DNA of 55,646 nucleotides, filler included, from Sphacelaria rigidula (GCA_964200075.2; 3 parts of 3 records of this genome joined end to end with filler, not necessarily neighbours in it); one strand, 5' to 3'; shown: positions 13,108 to 25,600, counted from the first letter of the whole stretch. The notes: generated from the sequence alone by a model not told the origin. Numbers and translations: made by a program.

Positions 13108-14074
13108 ACCCCCCCCTCCCACAAACAACCCCCCCGAAAACACCCAAAAAAAAACAAACCAAACCCCCACAATCCTTAAGCCCCCCCCCCCCCCCCCCCC
13201 CCCCCCCACCTTCACCCTCCTGTCCCACACAAAAACACTCCAATTTGTCCGTTTGGGGAGCACGTCAATTTTTGTATCCAACAGTTACACACCGTATTTC
13301 GAAGGTGGCAGGGTAAGGGCGTTGATCGGGCGCCTCGAAACGTCCGAAAAAAAATCAGATACGTACGCACACACACGCGCAAAAAGCACCCAGGAATAGG
13401 GTCACGGTGAATCGAACTCGTGAAGTGCCAACAAAAATACAGAAAATCAGCATGTCAACCAACAAAAAAGAAAACTCCTCTCGGGAGCGCCGATGAAGAC
13501 CCGTGCTCTGCAAGGGAAATTTTCATATCTTAGGCGGACACGGAAACCACACGTGCACGCCCATTGAGTCTTCTCGGCGAACTTTTTTCTCGCGCAAAAC
13601 GCCCCCCCCCTACGAGAATAGATGTATCGCAACCATATCGGCTTGCTTTTTCTCTCTTTCAATACACAAAAACCCTGCTTTTGCGTCGCTTCATGTGGAA
13701 AGCACGGACACAAGCCCTCACCTCATCTACACAAAAAATACAAAACATTAGAAAGATACGAGCCACGAAGGTCACCCGTGGCAGCTCTGCCCCTACCGTC
13801 CGCCTTTCCACGGCAGATAACACAATCAATCCACACATATCCCCCCGCTTTCAATCACTACCGCAACTGCCCTCCGATAAAACGCAAGACCCAGCGGATA
13901 CTGAATAGCGTCAACACGTACAACATCACCACCACCATAATCACCACGAACACCAGCTGCAAACAATTGGAGGTAAACAGATGAGGGAAAGAGGATAACA
14001 GAGAAGGACTATGCAAATGGGCACGTAAGACTATAGCTATCGGTACGGCTACTATATGTGATCACCTACTCACG

Positions 14075-14383
14075 TCACGGGGCTTCCACCTTAGATGCCG
14101 GCATCATGGATTTTATCCGGTCGTTCCACCCGAGATCCACGCCAAGATCCTCGAAGAGCATGGAGTTGTGCTCTGCATACCACTTCCGCAACGAGGGTTC
14201 CGACTCCTTGCGTTTAGAGTAGGCCGATGATATCGTTTTGCCGCGCTGTCGCGGATCGCAGGAGGCCTCTCTGTCCGTCCCGAACTCGAAAAACTCGTGC
14301 GGCGATAGCCCCGCGAAGCTGGCCACATCCGCAGCTACCTTCTCCGGCTTAGAAAACAGGTCCTTCGAGTTGATTATTTTGAC
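14075..14383 (-). CDS. Sulfotransferase terminal exon (VKIINSKDL...VEAP*)
   Basis: Acceptor ctcag, GC-rich third codon positions, TGA stop at 14075-14077. Confidence 0.88.
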   Translation of the reverse strand, partial: VKIINSKDLFSKPEKVAADVASFAGLSPHEFFEFGTDREASCDPRQRGKTISSAYSKRKESEPSLRKWYAEHNSMLFEDLGVDLGWNDRIKSMMPASKVEAP

Positions 14384-17300
14384 CTGAGGTATCGAGGAGA
14401 CGCGCGTGTAAGCGCGGCGGCGGCAGGGAAGCGAGGAATGGCGGGGAGTGAGGGGGGGTCTCAACTGAGGAAGCGCAACCACAAGACACCAACCCCCACC
14501 CCCTGTGCTCCAGGTGGCCCCGGCACCCCTGCGGTGACGTCAGCAATAGCCTGACGAGGAACATTCGACCCCAACATGAGCATCCCACGGTAAAGAAGGT
14601 GTATGGTGTTCACAAAAAAGACGGGTTCACGGGTGTCTCATGAAACGACACACTTGTGTGCCTGCATTCTCGCACGTGCCCGGTGCGGAGCTTCGTCAAA
14701 CGACCGAGATTTCGGTGGATATCGACATGAAAAAAAACAACTTTTGAGCAAGTTGTGCCTCAAAGACATGTGAAAGTGGCTATTCCTGAGCGACAATCTG
14801 GTGGAAACCTCCGACCCCCCACGGTGGAATAGCCCACATGGTGTTTTCACTTGATCTGAAACAAGAGTTGGGGAGTGTTCATCTCTCGTGTTCAAGAAAA
14901 AATGAAGGGTATCTCGACCAAAAAACGCATACAAAGACAGGGAGAAAGTCGCAGTCGTATTCGAACGGATGCTTCGGCGGCACATGTCACACAGCATCGA
15001 TCTCACAAAAACAAGAACCTGAGACTTCGAGAGGATTTCGAGAAGGGAAAAAAGGTTCCGCCGCGGTGCGTACGATGGACATTGAATCCTAATTCACGGC
15101 ATAGTGTCAAAAGAAGACCCTGGATGAAAAAACAGTCGAGCGCGAGAACATCGATTGACTACTCACGTGCTGCCAGACATGTGAACGATTTGACGTCAGC
15201 GCAGCGTTTTTTTCTCCCATAAAATGCGTCTATTTTTCAAGTCATACGGTGCGCTGCACTCGGTAGATATCAACTCCGAGCTACGCAACACCTCAGCCGA
15301 TCTTCCACCGGTGTAGGTCTGACAATTCACGATGCCCCCCAATACGCATTCTTGGCTGTTCGTTGCTCGGTGAGCCTAGACAGATATATAGATAAACTAG
15401 TACACTTGATCATGCCTTGATGTCACAACCGAGGACCCGTGGATCTCAAAGCTGGAAGTGAAAGGTGTTGCCACGGCCCCTGCCATATACAATCACGGAG
15501 TGACCACGGCACCCTCTCCTCGCTCGTCGACGATGTCGGAGATCATTCATGGCAGGCCAAATGGCTTGCTCGCCTACGGAGGTGATTCTGTGGGCCGAGT
15601 AGCTTTTTAGGGGGAAATCCATAGGAGCAAGAAGAGCTAAAACACAAGAAATATCCAAACCTAACCCAGAGGCCCGTCATCCATGGATGGCTTCTTGAAT
15701 CCATGTCACGAATCGCATGGGGCGATAACATACGGAAAACATACCACCACATGTAGTTCGTCACCTGGTCTTTGCCGAACGCTCGCAGCCATCGGTTGAC
15801 CTGCCCCTCGTACAAGCCCCTTAGAAGTGGTCTGTGCGACTTTCTAGCATTTTGGTCGCAGGTCCACAGATCCGCAGCGGATGCTCCGACCCCGAGACAT
15901 AACTTGTCAAGAGGCGAGAAGTCTACAACCGCCTGTTGGCAAAAACAAAAACCGACAGCACAAACGGCATTTTTTCATTCATCTCTCGTTGTTGCTATTC
16001 TTTCCCCTTTCTTCAGACGAGCCGGTACTATTATTGAGGGAATAACGCATTATTCCATGCTTAAATATTTTCATCGTGGGTTGGATCAGCACCCCCGTAC
16101 CGCGACGACCCTCGCTCAACACTCTCTTCCTATTTCTCAGGTCCCCAAGCTCTGAAAATTTCACTAGATGTAAGCTTCAAGGGTTCGGACTGATTGATGA
16201 TTCGTCTGGAAATTACTTGATTTTAGTGTAATTGATTCGTACCGTACGAATAGATCCTTCGGCTGTGTTTTCAGCGTTGCGGCCCAGGTACGCGCAGCCC
16301 AGGCACGTGGAATGGCGCAAAAATTGCGTGGAGACCTTTTGGACCAGCGATCAACTTTTTTTTCTTCCCTTTGTTAAGCAATCAGACCTAAAAAATCGTG
16401 CATTCGGTGACTCGAGCCGGCGATGATGCGTCCGAACCGTGTAACCTTCGATTTGACTTGATCGATTGTCGCAAATCAAGTGATTCTCCGCAGAATCTGC
16501 CATCATCACATGTTAGACGTACTCGAGGCGAAACAAAACTAAAACACTCGCTGAAGAAAAACAGTGCTTTGGAAAACATTGTCTCTACACATGAAATCAT
16601 TACATTTGATCATGGAGATGGATACTTGGGATTCGAAAAACTAATCAGCTCCTATAATAGCACAAATAGGAATCTTGAGTAAAGAATATGGCTTACAAGG
16701 GTCGGACAAATAATGATTCGTCTTAAATTCTCTCACGTCCAGTATGATAGATTCGTGCCGCACGGATCAATCAATCAATCCCTGGGCTTCTGTTCCCGGC
16801 GTTGCACCCCAGGTACGCACACCTCAGGCACGTGGAATAGCGCGAAGTTTGCAGAACATGAAGACTTTTTTTCACCCGCGATCAACTTTTTTATCCCTTC
16901 AAAGCCATCATACCTAAAAAACCCTAGTTTTGGTGATTCAAACCAGCCATGATTCGTCTCCCACCACTGACTGCACAGCACTCACCGTAGACAAGTAGTG
17001 CTTATAGTTCCCGGGCTGGGCGAAGGAATTATTGATGTCATCCCAATCCACGTTGTTCTTATCAACGCAGAACCTGGCTCGCAGTTCCGAATAGTACCTA
17101 ATGAGAGGAACGTTTTTTTTCAACAATAAGAACGGACGATGCAATGGAATTGACCAAAATGAAGAACGACAGCAAATGATCAACGTCTAGCACATGCTCT
17201 CACCGTTCTGAGGTATTTTTGGATGATGAGGGGACATAAAACAACACAGCGGCAGGGCCAAGGAAAGCGTGGACGGTTGTGTTCGACGCAGAAACTTGTC

Positions 17301-18300
17301 GAGCAAAATATTGGATCAATGGGTGAGGGGGGCGTACTTATTTGTTGCGTACCGTGGTCAGTTGACCATTTCGGGATGAGGGGTGGGGGACTGGGGATAG
17401 GCCAAGCGGCTCTCGCCCTTGCAAAATACTTCTCAGTGAACGTTTTTACAGATGCGGCCCGCCTTCATCAAGACACACGCAGATGGAAACCTTCGCGATA
17501 GTTTCTTGTTTTGGGGGGGCAATTCGTGTCAAAGACAACGACTCCCTCTTGAACCTTTTTGGGAACCCGTTTACAATTCTTGTTTCTGTGGATCGGAATC
17601 ATTTTGAGTCATTTTCAAGTCGAAATGATGCCGATCCACAGAAAAAAAACGCCAGTGGGCTCCGAAGGGGTTAAGGCTGCACATGATAGTCTAAGATCAA
17701 GATCAAGGGACAACATACAAAACTGTTGATCATCTCCATGATATAAAGGCATCAAGCAGCGGCTGATCCGGTGTCGTTTCTTGATCCTTCAATGCTATCG
17801 AGTCTTCGCTACAACAGCAAACCAACAAAAAAAAGCAAAATCATAATTTTGTGCTCAACAAACCATCATAAAACTATGCGTGAAAAGACTGTTGACTGAC
17901 CTCCATGACGGAAAAGAAACTAGCATGTAATGTCCCTTACGACAATATTTCGCTCGAATACTACATGCAACCTAATCGTCGGTCCGGTACGATAATTCTG
18001 GGCGCATATTTTCCGAACATACGTATCGCGGGAAACCCACGTTGCAGACAAAAGAAATGGAAGGGAATTCCGTCTGGTACGCTTGCTGTGCTCCTGAGAG
18101 AGGTTCCTGCGCTCAACCTCAAAAAGGTGATGTCATTTTCCAGAATAGTCTTCTCTGAACGTATCCTTCGCGGTTACAACTCACCGATCTACAGGGTCCC
18201 GCAGAACCACAACTATCTTCACATTGGGCATGGCGAGCTTCAGTCGATGCGGGGCCAGAGGAGACGCGAGATAGCCCGGTTGTCGCTCTGCAGCTACCAT
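14075..18300 (-). CDS. PAPS-dependent sulfotransferase (Sulfotransfer_1, HS3ST/NDST-like), 5'-partial, 4 exons
   Basis: Exons 18185-18300, 16986-17097, 15765-15932 and 14075-14383 all have AG/GT boundaries and join in frame. Translation: MVAAERQPGYLASPLAPHRLKLAMPNVKIVVVLRDPVDRYYSE...PLLRGLYEGQVNRWLRAFGKDQVKIINSKDLFSKPEKVAADVASFAGL...LRKWYAEHNSMLFEDLGVDLGW. This includes the 3'-phosphate-binding motif LRDPxDRxxS and the family's C-terminal YxxHN...W pattern. The 5'-PSB loop exon was not found. Confidence 0.88.
15765..15932 (-). CDS. Sulfotransferase exon (AVVDF...GLYEGQVNRWLRAFGKDQ)
   Basis: Acceptor aacag and donor gtgac; 56 open codons including the GLYxxQxxRWLxxF motif. Confidence 0.85.
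16178..16441. mobile_element. ~265-bp MITE with short TIR (family copy 1; intronic)
   Basis: Ends CAAGGGTTCGGAC / GTCCGAACCGTG. Colinear diverged copies at 16696-16958 and 36924-37068 share GCGTTGC..CCCAGGT.CGC.CA.CCCAGGCACGTGGAAT. Confidence 0.7.
16696..16958. mobile_element. MITE family copy 2 (intronic)
   Basis: Starts CAAGGGTCGGACAAATAATGATTCGTC and is colinear with 16178-16441. Confidence 0.65.
16986..17097 (-). CDS. Sulfotransferase exon (YYSELRARF...HYLST)
   Basis: Acceptor attag and donor gtgag. It completes the Arg codon of the previous exon and ends in phase 0. Confidence 0.85.
17554..17670. mobile_element. piggyBac-like mini-MITE with internal hairpin
   Basis: Right end CCGAAGGGG|TTAA. 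Internal inverted repeat TTTCTGTGGATCGGAATCATTT / AAATGATGCCGATCCACAGAAA; shares the TTTTCAAGT..AAATGATGCCGAT core. Confidence 0.55.
18185..18300 (-). CDS. Sulfotransferase exon (ERQPGY...LRDPVDR)
   Basis: Acceptor aacag at 18301-18305 and donor gtgag at 18180-18184; ends in phase 2. Confidence 0.85.
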
Positions 18301-18485
18301 CTGTTCACACGTCATACATCGATAAAACGAGGCGGAGTTTACGGTCGACCGAAAAAGATAAGACGTGAACCGGAATGAATCCTCCCCCCCCCCTCCCCCC
18401 GCTAATGAGCACCAGAATGTTGGAGGTGTCTCTATTAGGAGTAGGAACGGTGCTCCGTCTCGAAAGGGATGCGTGGTCAATGGTC

Positions 18486-18585
18486 NNNNNNNNNNNNNNN
18501 NNNNNNNNNNNNNNNNNNNNNNNNNNNNNTTAATTAATTAANNNNNNNNNNNNNNNNNNNNNNNNNNNNNNNNNNNNNNNNNNNN
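18486..18585. other. Artificial 100-bp scaffold join (N44-TTAATTAATTAA-N44)
   Basis: A symmetric N padding surrounds a linker with stops in all frames. The identical construct occurs at 37069-37168. Confidence 0.95.
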
Positions 18586-19170
18586 CCCACATTTGTTTCA
18601 TCCCGCCATCGAAATCTTCATTTGTTTTTTTCACTACACCTTCCCAAACTTCCTTCTTTTTTGTTGTACCATTTGTTTCACTTCCTTCCGAGCTTTGGTA
18701 TACTCCTTCCACCCTACCATACTTTTGTTCGAAATTCACCTCGCGTGGGCCTCTCTCCTTCCTTTGATAGACTCTTTCACTTCCTCATCCCACCATTTTA
18801 CTGCTCTGTTCCATACTATCAGTTTCTTCCCTTTAACTATACTCGCTGTGTTCTTGACCAGCTGCCCCCTTCCTTCTACAATTTTCGCTCCTGCCCGATT
18901 TCTTTCCATTTCGATATCAACTCCACTTGCGCGTTCCAACAGCTCGGAAATTTCACAGCATTTTGGGCCATCTCCTCTTTTGGAACTCTTGCCGTGTCTC
19001 TTCCATATCTAGTTTATCGATTTTTTATTTGTACATCTTCCTACCCCGCCTATTTCTTTTAGCTCTCCTTCGTTGACTTACTGTCCATATTTGGCAGTGA
19101 TGTGTGGTTCCCACGTCCTCCGCGCACACATGTATTTTCATTTCTTCACTATTTCCATGCTCCACCGCTA
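18586..19170 (-). mobile_element. Non-LTR retrotransposon (LINE) ORF2 fragment: end of endonuclease and linker region
   Basis: Frameshifted translation EDVGTTHHCQIW (decayed DxGSDH) ... YK*KIDKL ... AVKWWDEEVKESIKGRREAH ... MKQMW is typical of the segment between APE and RT. It runs into the gap. Confidence 0.7.
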
Positions 19171-19277
19171 AAGTCAAGAACAGAGGATTCTAGATATTGG
19201 AGCCCAAAATGGTGCCAAGCCGTTGCGTCTAACGTGTAGGATACTGGATGATGATTATGTGACAGGGTACACTGTGG

Positions 19278-19538
19278 GACACTTTCTACGATAGCCCCCC
19301 CCCCAAAAGTGCATGGTTTTGGGAAGCAATTTTTTCACTTAAATCGAAATAGGAAAAGCCGAGAACAACGAGAAGCTGCGAATTCCCACGCTTGGGTTCG
19401 TTCTAGCCAAAGTCGCCAATATGAGGCGCTTCATGCAGCCTGGACCCGAACATCAGGNNNNNNNNNNGGTGCTGTATGGCCATTTTTTCCGTGACACTTT
19501 TAGCTGGTTTTGGGGGGGGGGCTATCGTAGAAAGTGTC
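19278..19538. mobile_element. MITE with perfect 31-bp TIRs and 4-bp TSD (GTGG)
   Basis: GTGG|GACACTTTCTACGATAG-C10-AAAA ... TTTT-G10-CTATCGTAGAAAGTGTC|GTGG. Contains a 10-N gap. Confidence 0.9.
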
Positions 19539-19798
19539 GTGGATGATGACCCTCACCGTGTAGCCTTCGATGTGTAACCAGTGGGCTGCTGTTGCTTACT
19601 TCGTGAATGGAAGCTCTGAGAGAAGTTCTTGTCGAGCGTGAGGCCAGTGGAATCTGGAGAAATCTCTCACTGAATAGCCCTCATGTCCAAATCGTCTGGC
19701 AGAGGCTATACTATCTGGATATTACTCGGCACTCTGTTTGGAGGAGTTTGGGCTGAGGTACGAGACGGGCAGCCGGTACGGTTTGTGCTTAAGAAGTA

Positions 19799-21850
19799 GT
19801 GCTGAAAGCACTTCGTTTAAACGAGAGGAGCAGCTTGCAGCAAGACCAGCGTTTGGAGACAGCTCCGCTGGCGACGTTCAAGTCAGGCATGGCTCAAGCG
19901 ACAGCAACACCACTGGCATTGGATGAGACGTTACATCCGCCGCAATATGATATAGAGTGGAACGAAGCAGCTAGTCTCAAGTTTTCCGGGGCCTATCTCG
20001 ATTACGAACAGCGGTTGCGAATCGATAATGAAGAAGGAAGGGTGACACACGCGCAAGTGCCCGTTGGGCAGTTGATTCCTGCATACATTCGTCAATGTTT
20101 CGAAACCCTGTACACAGACGGATGAACAATGATCGCAGCGGAGTTCGTAGATGCTGTGAAGCAGCATGCTGGGTATACCACCACCGGTGGCCGAGAGGAT
20201 AAAACTCGGGTTGCGGCTAATATCAAGCGCATTCTCAGGATGGCCCAAGACGGACCATTGTCTGTACGGGATAGCAATGACAGTCACTTCGAATTTGGAA
20301 TAGTATTTATCAAAGCAGTTGTCGGTCGAAGCCATATACAGGGCACAAGACAGAAGCTGGCTGCCAGGTCCGGCAGAGTCTGTTTCCATTGCCATGGTGG
20401 ACGCCATTGCGCCTCCGGCGTTTCAGGCTCATGTCAAGACTCTCTTGATGTACGAGGAGGGTTGGAAACGAAACCCGACTTTAGTGATGAGGACGATATT
20501 TGAGGCTGCTGGCAAGTTGAGACTTGAAAAATCTGTGGATGATGGTGGGGTAAATACGGGTGGATCTCGCCGCAAACGACAACAGCAGCAGCAGTCGGCT
20601 GCGCGAGGGACATCTACTCGCGCATGCTATACCTGTGGCGACCATGGACATCTTGTTTAGGATTGTCCCAAGCCTCGCGCCAAGGGCGCTAATCAAAGTA
20701 TTCCGCAAGATCAGTCAGGATTCAGCGGCGGTCATCATGGAGGAAGAGGTAGACGTCATGATGGACGCGGGCGCGATGGCCGCGGCAGCGATCGAGAGGC
20801 GACGGATGGTGGATCCTCCAGTACAGTATCTTCCGCTGCATCTTCAGAACCAGCCTCAGGCTCTTCTGGCCCGTCCATGCCGGGGCGGGCAGTTTATGTA
20901 CGAGGGAGTAGTACTTCGATGGGTGGTGCTGGAGCCGACAGCTCGCAAACCATCGGCCAGGCAGGGTCCGTGTCTGGTATCGCTCCCGCTACTGCGACGG
21001 CGGCGACGGCGCCATCTACATTTACGGAATCTTTGTCGGGGTGGAACGCCGATTCGGTGTCGACGATGCCACTTTCTGGCGCGAAGCCTTGGCGACAGGT
21101 GACTGACTGTAGCCAACAATCAAGGTTTCCCCCCGACAGGCGTAACGCCTGTTGATTGCACTGCACAATACCTCCGTCCTGACCTTTCCTTGCCAGGTAC
21201 GGTAGGATCATTGATGGCACGAGTTATTCTGGACTCTGGGTCCGCGCTCACGCCTGTCAGCGTGGATTTGCTGGCCCAGCGGTCTTCGCTCTGTGGCAAC
21301 GCTCAATTGCAGTTGCCGTTCCAGAACAATCCCCAAACCGCTCACACCGCTACGGGAGAGCCCGTGACAGTTACACGCAAGACGGTCCCAATCTCCGGAA
21401 GTGTACGCACTCCGTGGGGGGCTGTGCAGATGCCACCCATCACCTTCGCTATTATACCCGGCAGGGATAATGTCATTTTCTTCGGCATGGCAACTATAAA
21501 GCACATCGGCATTGATGTGTATCCTCTGGCCTAGGAGAAGTTACGCCCCCATGCCGTGCCGGTTCAGACGGACATCGAAACCTCTGGTTATCTAGCGGCT
21601 AGGTGGGTGACCATCTATGTCGATGCGTTTCAAACTGAATGTGTGAAGGAAACCTCTGCGGATGAGGCAATGGAGCGATTGGTGGCCCGGGGCCCGGACA
21701 TGTTTCTGAACCCTGCCGAAGAGAAGGAGGGGAGAGACCGCGCGCTGGCAGATGGCGTGCGACAGGCCGAACAGCAGAGCCTGAGCGCCGAGGGTGCTTA
21801 TCGTCTGCGCGATATTTTGTCTCGTCGCGTAGATACATTTCGACGTGCGC
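19799..21850 (+). mobile_element. Decayed Ty3/Gypsy-type LTR retrotransposon: gag, protease and start of RT region
   Basis: Zinc knuckle CYTCGDHGHLV*DCP (~20625-20670) and aspartic protease VILDSGS (D at 21232), followed by LRDILSRRVDTFRRAL resembling the pre-RT segment with no intervening integrase. Multiple stops and frameshifts. Confidence 0.8.
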
Positions 21851-22343
21851 TGTAATCGTCCGCTCTGATGAGGGGTAAGCGCCCTCACAGATAAAGTGGG
21901 TAAACAGCAGTCAACACCTTGGCTCAGGCAAATAGCAATGTTCCAGAACGTTTGTATTATCTCTTCACTTCACCCTGTTCACTCTCACACAATCCAATCA
22001 ACTCAGTCACACAGTAATACACGCTTAATATCCCTCTCACTTCAGTATCACTCTCACAGACTCACCACGTACACTTATGTTAACCCCCAGAGCAAGGCAG
22101 GCAGTTGGCACCCAGAACCCAGAACCAAGATGGACCAAGATGAACTGACTGAGGAGGGCGGTGCTCGATCAGGATGCTCGTACTGCACACGTGACTGTAC
22201 TCGCATAACCTACGTCATTATATATCATCCCTCTGATTGGTCACCTAACCCTCCGCAATTGCAACATGGTCCATGCCATTTGTACCGCATGGTATCCTGC
22301 GTTTCTGTTGCCCATGGCAGAGCGTGAGCATAGTCGATTACCA
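21851..22343. mobile_element. Putative solo LTR
   Basis: Starts TGTAATCG and ends CGATTACCA (TG...CA with short inverted ends). The minus strand has CCAAT and TATA-like elements near 22215-22240. It abruptly interrupts the Gypsy ORF; no TSD is seen. Confidence 0.45.
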
Positions 22344-22410
22344 ATTGTATAATAATAGTATGATACTATCATTGGTTCTATCTTTATCGTCATTACTACC
22401 ATGGTATGCT

Positions 22411-22657
22411 GGTCGCCCTGGTGGCTTTTTTGGTAATCTCGAAACCTTCTGACCGTTGGGTCGTTGGTTCGACTCCGGTGCCGTCCCACGATCTGGGATT
22501 TTTCTCACACAATTATCAACAGTGGAGAGCGACTTCGTCGTAGGTACACATGATTCGACGTCACGGTCGACAAAGGAAATGGATCGCTGAACCCATCTCG
22601 CAATAGAACATAAGGCAGGCACCGCAGAAGGAAGGTGGAGTACTAAAAAAACACAAA
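22411..22657 (+). mobile_element. tRNA-derived SINE, copy 2
   Basis: GGTCGCCCTGGTGGCT....TGGTAA (A box) and GGTTCGACTCC (B box), followed by the shared body and an A-rich tail. Confidence 0.78.
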
Positions 22658-25600
22658 CTCCTGCGATGGCATTTCTCCTGTGTGACCCCACATATACCGA
22701 AAGGTGCATAGACTAGCATCCAGCGTAGATGGGAATCATCGAGTTGATGAGCACGGGTTGTCATGAAAGAATTGAACTCACATCATTTTTTCCCCGTTGT
22801 TTTCCGTCATTCTCGATCAAACGGATACCACCCAGGATTTCTGTGTCGATGGACACACATGCGCTACTCAAGCCCCACGTACTGCAGAGGGGTCAACAAG
22901 ATTGAATTGTTCGGGCCTTTTTATGACCATGCCCTGCCAGGCCCGGTCTGGGCTTTATTTCCCTCCGCCAGCTAGCTAAAGCCCAGGCCAGTATATAGAT
23001 GATATTTTCACAAGAACCATGTCATCACGAAGCAAGCTTACGGTATACCTTCAAAAGGGGGTGGTGCTCTAGCACACGGAGTCGCACACGCGATATACAT
23101 GTTTACGTCATTGTTCGCTGTCCGATGTGAGAGTGTGTAGTACTTGGTCGTCTTCGCCATCGCATCTCTAAAGAAATAACTTCTGTCGCGGCAACGACTC
23201 TATCTTTACCGCAAGATACGCCAACCCTGGCCTGGCGGTGGACATCGCGTGAGTACTGTCTGTACGCCACCGATCGACACGAGCCGTCCAGAACAAAAGC
23301 ACGACGACCAACAACAGGGAGCCAGCAGCATTGACGCTGATATAGTCCCTTTCTCGGGATTGTGCAGTCCGGGAGCATGAAATATGGCACAAACTCTACG
23401 GTAGCACCATCTCATCTCCTGCCTTGTATCCAAAGTCGTGCAGGGTACACACATGAGGAGCAACTTAAGCGCCAACGGAGACTGCAGCACCAACCCCGGT
23501 CACAGCAGCCATACCGCAGGCGCGACGATGCTTGTAGCGAACGTTGGGTACACCAACCCGTACACAGAAGGACAAAGCACCCCCAAACACACTACAGTAT
23601 TTCTGTTATTATTTTAAACACACATCGCAGCAGCTCGATCTCTCGAACCCGTGGTCAAGGACGTGAGCTCGCATATCGAGCATCCTACCGCCAATACTAT
23701 CCCTCTCAGACGTACAGGAACCGTGTGTTGTACACCGCCAGCGATTGATCGACTCGATCTCATCATGCGGAAAAATAATCACCAAGCGTAATCATAAATA
23801 TTTGCTGCCACGTCTGTGTCGTTCACGGCGCCTTCGTTATTTATTTGGCGCAAGTGGGGGTGGTATCAGGTTGGTGCTGGAGGTTATACTCGGGAAGATT
23901 TTGATCAATCAAACGACACCGGCTACAATCGTTTCACTGTGCGCAATCTCCACATAAAAATGTGTGAACAATGACACTCCATCCACCGCGCAGCTGCAGC
24001 GGAGGATAACGGTTAGGGGCTGCAGGGGAGAGATACCTGATGCTAGCATGGAAGGTTTGTGAGACTAGGGGAAATTCACGTCGCTGTCCCATATGGACGC
24101 GCTACGTACGCACGTGAGACCAATTGAAGCTCCTCCTTGTGAGGTAGTGTAGTGGGCGGTCCACCATAACACCCGCATGCGATTAAGTGCTCGGTGTCTC
24201 GTGACTAGAAGCCTGCCACAGTGACGTCGTGGACAGATGGGGTCTTGAAGAGACTTGTCGGTCTCGTTTGATGGTGCAAGTTTGTGGAGAAATGCAGGAC
24301 CCGCCTTCTCGAGATAAGTGACGATTGAGAACTCATCACCGATAGAAGGGGTGATATACCCCGTCATTTGTTTTTTCGCGACATGCAGTGTGTTCCACGG
24401 ACAGAGGTATAGCGCAGGACAGGACAGTACGGTCTGCTAGGAAAAGTGACCGATTCCATCTATTTCAATGCCACACAATGACTGCGCTCGAATACAAGTC
24501 GTCTGCATACGCTGAATCGTTGTTCTCTTGATGGCCGTGGTCCGTACGTTCATACAACCTTGACTGCACTTCACTTGGGCATGTGGCGTGTTCCACAACA
24601 CGCTAAAGCGTAAAGCTCTTCAATTATAGCTGGTCCCTCTGGGTGGATGGATGTCTTACCTCAAGTCTTTCGGTCCGACCGTCCCGCGTCCACCGGCCGT
24701 CTCATTCATTGCCGCGGCATAAAGGCGATAGGGGAGTTGTGTGTAAGGGTTGCAGCGGTCTATGACTTTGCTCTTTTGGTGCAGACAGCGTGAAGGTACA
24801 GCACAGCCATACACGGCCTCGTAGAACAACACAAACGTACACCGATCCCCTTGTTTCTGGCTATCATGTCCCAGAATCGTAAACGGAGCAGCCGATTAGT
24901 CGGAGGCAGTGCAAGGGGGGCTACCAGTCGCAGGCCAGCCCGCCCCCTCCCTCCCCCTCCCCTCACCGGCTGTTCACAATGCTGAAAAGCCACGGCAGAA
25001 ACGTTTCTTTCGTGTTTCTCGACCAGCCTACCACTCAGGGATCGCCGGTGCGCGAGCTGCTAAAGGTGGAGAAGATCCCGTGTGTCAGTTCTCCTGGTGG
25101 GTATGGGAAGGGGTGGTTCGACTACTGGATTATCAACTTCGACTGTCGCAGTTGATCGGAATAAGGTCTTGACTCCGGAGCCCTGAGCTGGACCCTAGAT
25201 CGATACTTCACGAGAAACGTGAGAAACGGTCCATTCCTCGTGATAGCAGGCAAGTAAAGGGTTCGGGACGCCGGGTTTCTGCGGAATGGGATGTTATCGG
25301 GAGTAAGCGGGCAAAATGGAAATACACTACAAACCAAAAAAATCACAAAATAACATACTGCTTGTCATCTGAATATCGCGTCTTGACGACCCCGGCGGTT
25401 GCGCAGGAATCGAGCACAGATCACGTGCATCCACCTTCACATTTGCCCAGTTGACCCTGGCTGATAGCGGTGCAGCCGCAGGCTCGTGGGCGAGTGCTTG
25501 GCGACAGTCCCTAGTGCCACTCGGAATAGATAAGAGCGATAGCTGAGAACACGACGGCGTGTTATGTCGTGTATTTTGCAAAGGCAACCCTCAGTGGCTC

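Noticed and set aside
13051..13207. Poly-C tracts giving poly-Pro/poly-Gly ORFs (also poly-G at 54-89)
   Set aside because: Low-complexity sequence with garbled flanks, typical of homopolymer sequencing error; no coding evidence.
18530..18541. TTAATTAATTAA palindrome inside Ns (also 37113-37124)
   Set aside because: Assembly linker in a fixed 100-bp spacer; not biological. Adjacency across these joins is unproven.
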